Shown here: one piece after another, positions 45,627-48,800 of the stretch
How positions within the stretch are numbered: the stretch's first letter is position 1
How the letters are laid out: each line of letters starts with the position of its first letter
Assembly: GCA_049472295.1 (NCBI GenBank)
Contig: JBLIRM010000002.1
Location: 1-48,800 of the forward strand
Direction: 5' to 3'
Source of the DNA: a bacterium
GTDB lineage: Bacteria; SZUA-182; DTGQ01; JAFGSM01
Length of the DNA: 48,800 nucleotides
Notes under the pieces: generated by a model
Seen by the model: only the letters and a program-made list of their open reading frames with translations
The model's database searches: none
What the model was told of the DNA's origin: nothing
Translations under genes and position numbers: made by a program

Positions 45627-47045
45627 ATGTCCGAGTTACAGACCTTGGTGATTGATCAAGGCACTTTTGCCACCCGTGCCTTACTCCTCGATGCAGAAGG
45701 AAATGTCCGGGCATCCGCCTTCTGCGAGATCGGCCTCCGACGGCTCGGCCCGGATCTGGTCGAGCAGGATGCCGACGAGATCATAGCCTCCGTGGATAGA
45801 GTGATAAAGGCGGTTCTGAAGGATGCCACCATCCGGCATATGCATATATGCCAGGCAGGTTTGGCTACGCAACGCTCCAGTATCGTGGCATGGGATAAAA
45901 GAAACGGCAAACCGCTGGCTCCCATGCTGAGCTGGCAGGATCGCAGGGCCGCAGAATGGCTGACCCGATATCACACGCATGCAGAAAAGATAAAAAAGAT
46001 TACAGGGTTACCCCTCTCCCCCCACTATGGAGCCAGCAAATTGCGCTGGTATATGGATCATATACCCGAAGTAAAACGGGGATATCATAAAGGTTACCTG
46101 GCCCTGGGACCTCTTGCCAGTTTTCTGCTTTTTCACCTTCTGCGTGAGAAACCCTTACTCGTGGATCACGCCAATGCCTCACGGACACAATTATGGAATA
46201 TCAATACGCGTGACTGGGACACATGGTTAATGGATCTATTTGGTGTACCCCATGAAACGCTCCCCCATTGCCTCCCCATCTGCTATCATTACGGGGACTT
46301 AAAGATGGCGGATATCCCTTTAAGGGCAGTGAATGGGGATCAGACCTCTGCCATCTATGCCCTGGGGCGCCCTAAAAAGGATACAGCCATTGTGAATATC
46401 GGCACCGGTGCATTTATTCTTCTGCCGACCGGCAGAAAATTGGTGTACCACCCTACCCTGTTGTGCGGTCTTTCCATGAGCCATGATAAACAAGCAGAAT
46501 ACATCATTGAAGGGACTGTAAATGGCGCAGGCGCCTCGATCAATTGGGCTGCCGAGCACTGGCATATTGCCGATATGATTCAAAATCTATCCAACGGGTT
46601 TGATCGAACAGGAGAAATCCCTCTCTTTATAAACAGCATTGGCGGGCTCGGCTCCCCATGGTGGCGACCGGGGCCGCCCCCGAAACTTGTGGGAAACGGA
46701 GAATCATGGCAAAAAGGTGTTGCAGTCGCTGAAAGTATCCTGTTTTTATTAAAGGCCAATCTTGACACCATGCTCAAGGCCGGCCTTCTCATTAAAAACC
46801 TCCGGATAAGCGGAGGCCTGGCACGATTGGATGGTCTTTGTCAACGATTGGCGGACCTGACACAGATGCCTGTTTACCGCCCTGCGGAAACAGAGGCCAC
46901 AGCCCGGGGCATTGCCTGGCTTGCATCAGGATTCCCACACCGGTGGCCAAAGCCGGGGCGAGGCCGGTCATTCAAACCCCGAGAAGATCTCTCACTCAAT
47001 ATACGTTATAAAAGCTTCTGCCGGATATTAGAGGATGAGGTTTGA
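45627..47045 (+). CDS. FGGY-family carbohydrate kinase (glycerol-kinase-like)
   Basis: Start at ATG 45627. LVIDQGTFATRALLLD (phosphate-1), QRSSIVAWDK, NGDQTSAIYALG and ISGGLARLDGLCQRLADL match the FGGY N- and C-domain motifs. Confidence 0.8.
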   Translation: MSELQTLVIDQGTFATRALLLDAEGNVRASAFCEIGLRRLGPDLVEQDADEIIASVDRVIKAVLKDATIRHMHICQAGLATQRSSIVAWDKRNGKPLAPMLSWQDRRAAEWLTRYHTHAEKIKKITGLPLSPHYGASKLRWYMDHIPEVKRGYHKGYLALGPLASFLLFHLLREKPLLVDHANASRTQLWNINTRDWDTWLMDLFGVPHETLPHCLPICYHYGDLKMADIPLRAVNGDQTSAIYALGRPKKDTAIVNIGTGAFILLPTGRKLVYHPTLLCGLSMSHDKQAEYIIEGTVNGAGASINWAAEHWHIADMIQNLSNGFDRTGEIPLFINSIGGLGSPWWRPGPPPKLVGNGESWQKGVAVAESILFLLKANLDTMLKAGLLIKNLRISGGLARLDGLCQRLADLTQMPVYRPAETEATARGIAWLASGFPHRWPKPGRGRSFKPREDLSLNIRYKSFCRILEDEV

Positions 47046-47497
47046 TGATCCCGGAAGGATCAACTTGTAGATTCAATAAAGTAAAAACCGTCATTTTGTG
47101 CACTATTTCCCGATAATAATAGAAGAGGCTTCGGACGGAGGGACCTTTGTCGGAAGACATTTAATTGGGCCCTATGCCGGATCGAAAAAAGGATCGACCT
47201 CTGAATGAAAAGCCTGCTGAAGCGGTTCAAGATATTCGACCATTCAACTTGGATTTCAAATCATGTCCTCCAGGAACTACTCCAGAGCAGGATTCAAAAA
47301 GGATGAACCGTGAAATCTCTTATAAAGAAGGGTGTAAAATTTATAATAGATTTAACATTATTGCACATTTTATCATTTTTTTGATATATTAATCTCTAAG
47401 GAATGATAATAATGAGTCTCTTGATTTTTTGTACAAATGATTTCAGGGATGCTTTACGTACAGATTAAGACTCGAATGCCATAGGGTGAAATAAGGT

Positions 47498-48724
47498 ATG
47501 AAATCTAAGAAGATCTATATTGTCGAGGATGATTTACCTGTTCTGAAACTCGAAGAACACATACTCCGGACAATGGGTTGGGTGGTTAAATCAAGCACCT
47601 CTGCCGAAAATGCCTTCGATGAAATCGTTGCTTTCAAGCCATCATGTATTTTACTCGATATCATGCTGCCCGGAATGGATGGGTTGGAATTCTGTAGAAA
47701 GATCCGCTCCATTAAGGAGTTTGATAACGTCTATATCATCATGGTTTCTTTAAAGGCTTACAACTTCGATAAGGAGATGGCCCTTTCATTCGGTGCGGAT
47801 GGATACATCACCAAACCCTTTAACAGGGAAAAATTCGAAAAGGAGTTCAATGAGATCATCTCCATTAGTATGGTATTTTGGGGAATCAGGGGGACATTAC
47901 CTCTTCCCGGCGAAAAATCCATGAAATACGGGGGCAATACATCGTGCGTCTCACTGAAATTTTCTCAAAATCGCTGGTTTGTTTTCGACTCAGGCACAGG
48001 TATCAAGGAATTCTCCAATCACCTGATGAAAAAAGAAGCAAAACAACGAATCAAGGTGAAGGTATTTATCTCTCACCCACACTGGGACCACATTAACGCC
48101 TTTCCCTTTTTTGCCCCTTTATATATCCCTGGAAATGAAATTACCGTATACGGTCCTTATCAAAGTGACAACTATTCCATGCAGAGGATCATATCCGATC
48201 AGATGTACGGCGTTTACTTCCCTGTAGGGGTCAAAGACTTTGCAGCCCATATGGAATATAAGGATTTGAGGGAAGGAAACTATGATATGGACGGCATCAA
48301 GGTCATGACCAAACTCCTTACTCATCCCGGCAATTGTTTGGGCTACAGAGTGGATCATAAAGGGAAATCCTTATGCTATATAACGGATAATGAGCTCTAT
48401 CCGGAGGATTCAGAATTTTTCATGAAGAGTGTAAGGGAGCAATTGGTCGGGTTTGTCAGAGGAACCGATATCCTGATCCATGATGCCACCTTTTTTGACG
48501 ACGAATATAAGAAAAGGGTCAACTGGGGACATTCCTGTGTGAGTCAGGTGGTCAAACTGGCACACGAAGCGAATGTAAAAAGGCTGTATCTCTACCACCA
48601 TGATCCTGAACAGTCGGACGCTGATCTGGATAAAAAATTAAATATCGCCAATCACCTGATATCTAAGTTGGGATCTTCCACAGAGTGTTTCATGCCAGTG
48701 GAGCAGGAAGAGATTTTGATCTGA
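47498..48724 (+). CDS. response-regulator receiver domain fused to an MBL-fold metallo-hydrolase domain
   Basis: REC: IYIVEDD...ILLDIMLPGMDG...GADGYITKPF. MBL: FISHPHWDH (H-x-H-x-DH) and later LYLYHHDP. Confidence 0.8.
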   Translation: MKSKKIYIVEDDLPVLKLEEHILRTMGWVVKSSTSAENAFDEIVAFKPSCILLDIMLPGMDGLEFCRKIRSIKEFDNVYIIMVSLKAYNFDKEMALSFGADGYITKPFNREKFEKEFNEIISISMVFWGIRGTLPLPGEKSMKYGGNTSCVSLKFSQNRWFVFDSGTGIKEFSNHLMKKEAKQRIKVKVFISHPHWDHINAFPFFAPLYIPGNEITVYGPYQSDNYSMQRIISDQMYGVYFPVGVKDFAAHMEYKDLREGNYDMDGIKVMTKLLTHPGNCLGYRVDHKGKSLCYITDNELYPEDSEFFMKSVREQLVGFVRGTDILIHDATFFDDEYKKRVNWGHSCVSQVVKLAHEANVKRLYLYHHDPEQSDADLDKKLNIANHLISKLGSSTECFMPVEQEEILI

Positions 48725-48800
48725 CCTGATCTATGAGATGCTGATTCCCTTTTTCAACTATGCATTTATGCCCCTTCGGGACGTCACAAATAATGGAAAT

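Noticed and set aside
47165-47392. 75-aa ORF in the gap before the REC-MBL gene
   Set aside because: It has a non-ATG start and no RBS, its composition drifts into an AT-rich tail (NIIAHFIIFLIY), and it has no motifs. It is more likely untranslated promoter or leader sequence.

Overview
This is a 48.8-kb bacterial chromosomal window with about 45 credible CDSs, mostly on the + strand. I saw no rRNA, tRNA, CRISPR array, transposase or integrase. The gene content suggests an anaerobic, possibly Desulfobacterota-like or similar uncultured lineage, but that is inference only: a ferredoxin:thioredoxin-reductase catalytic subunit without a variable subunit, a desulforedoxin-like protein, an archaeal-type phosphoglycerate mutase, and GCAATCTC/GAGATTGCTTCG palindromic intergenic repeats. 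The main feature is a tightly packed eight-gene + strand cassette at 8541-16273. It encodes two radical-SAM/SPASM maturases, a PqqD-like (RRE) protein and a 74-aa ORF with five evenly spaced [K/N]-C-x-x-G repeats, which I read as the precursor peptide. It also encodes an HPr-kinase-like P-loop protein, an 'uncharacterised nucleotidyltransferase' domain, two SipW/Sec11-type S26 peptidase domains that lack membrane anchors, and an ABC exporter. I interpret this as an uncharacterised RiPP system, probably thioether-forming and possibly phosphorylated or glycosylated. It resembles the bioinformatically defined SynChlorMet cassette, and here it comes with a visible substrate candidate. Other notable items are: a bacterial homologue of plant alpha-glucan,water dikinase (33567-36662); a GH15-DUF547 fusion next to a glucose-1-dehydrogenase-like SDR; a desulforedoxin-like/glutaredoxin-like/FTR-catalytic-subunit redox trio; a formate/nitrite-transporter-CBS fusion; a LITAF-like zinc-ribbon membrane protein; and an AT-rich island encoding a secreted protein. 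The remaining genes are ordinary housekeeping or accessory metabolism genes. All functional calls come from reading motifs in the supplied translations. No database search was possible.
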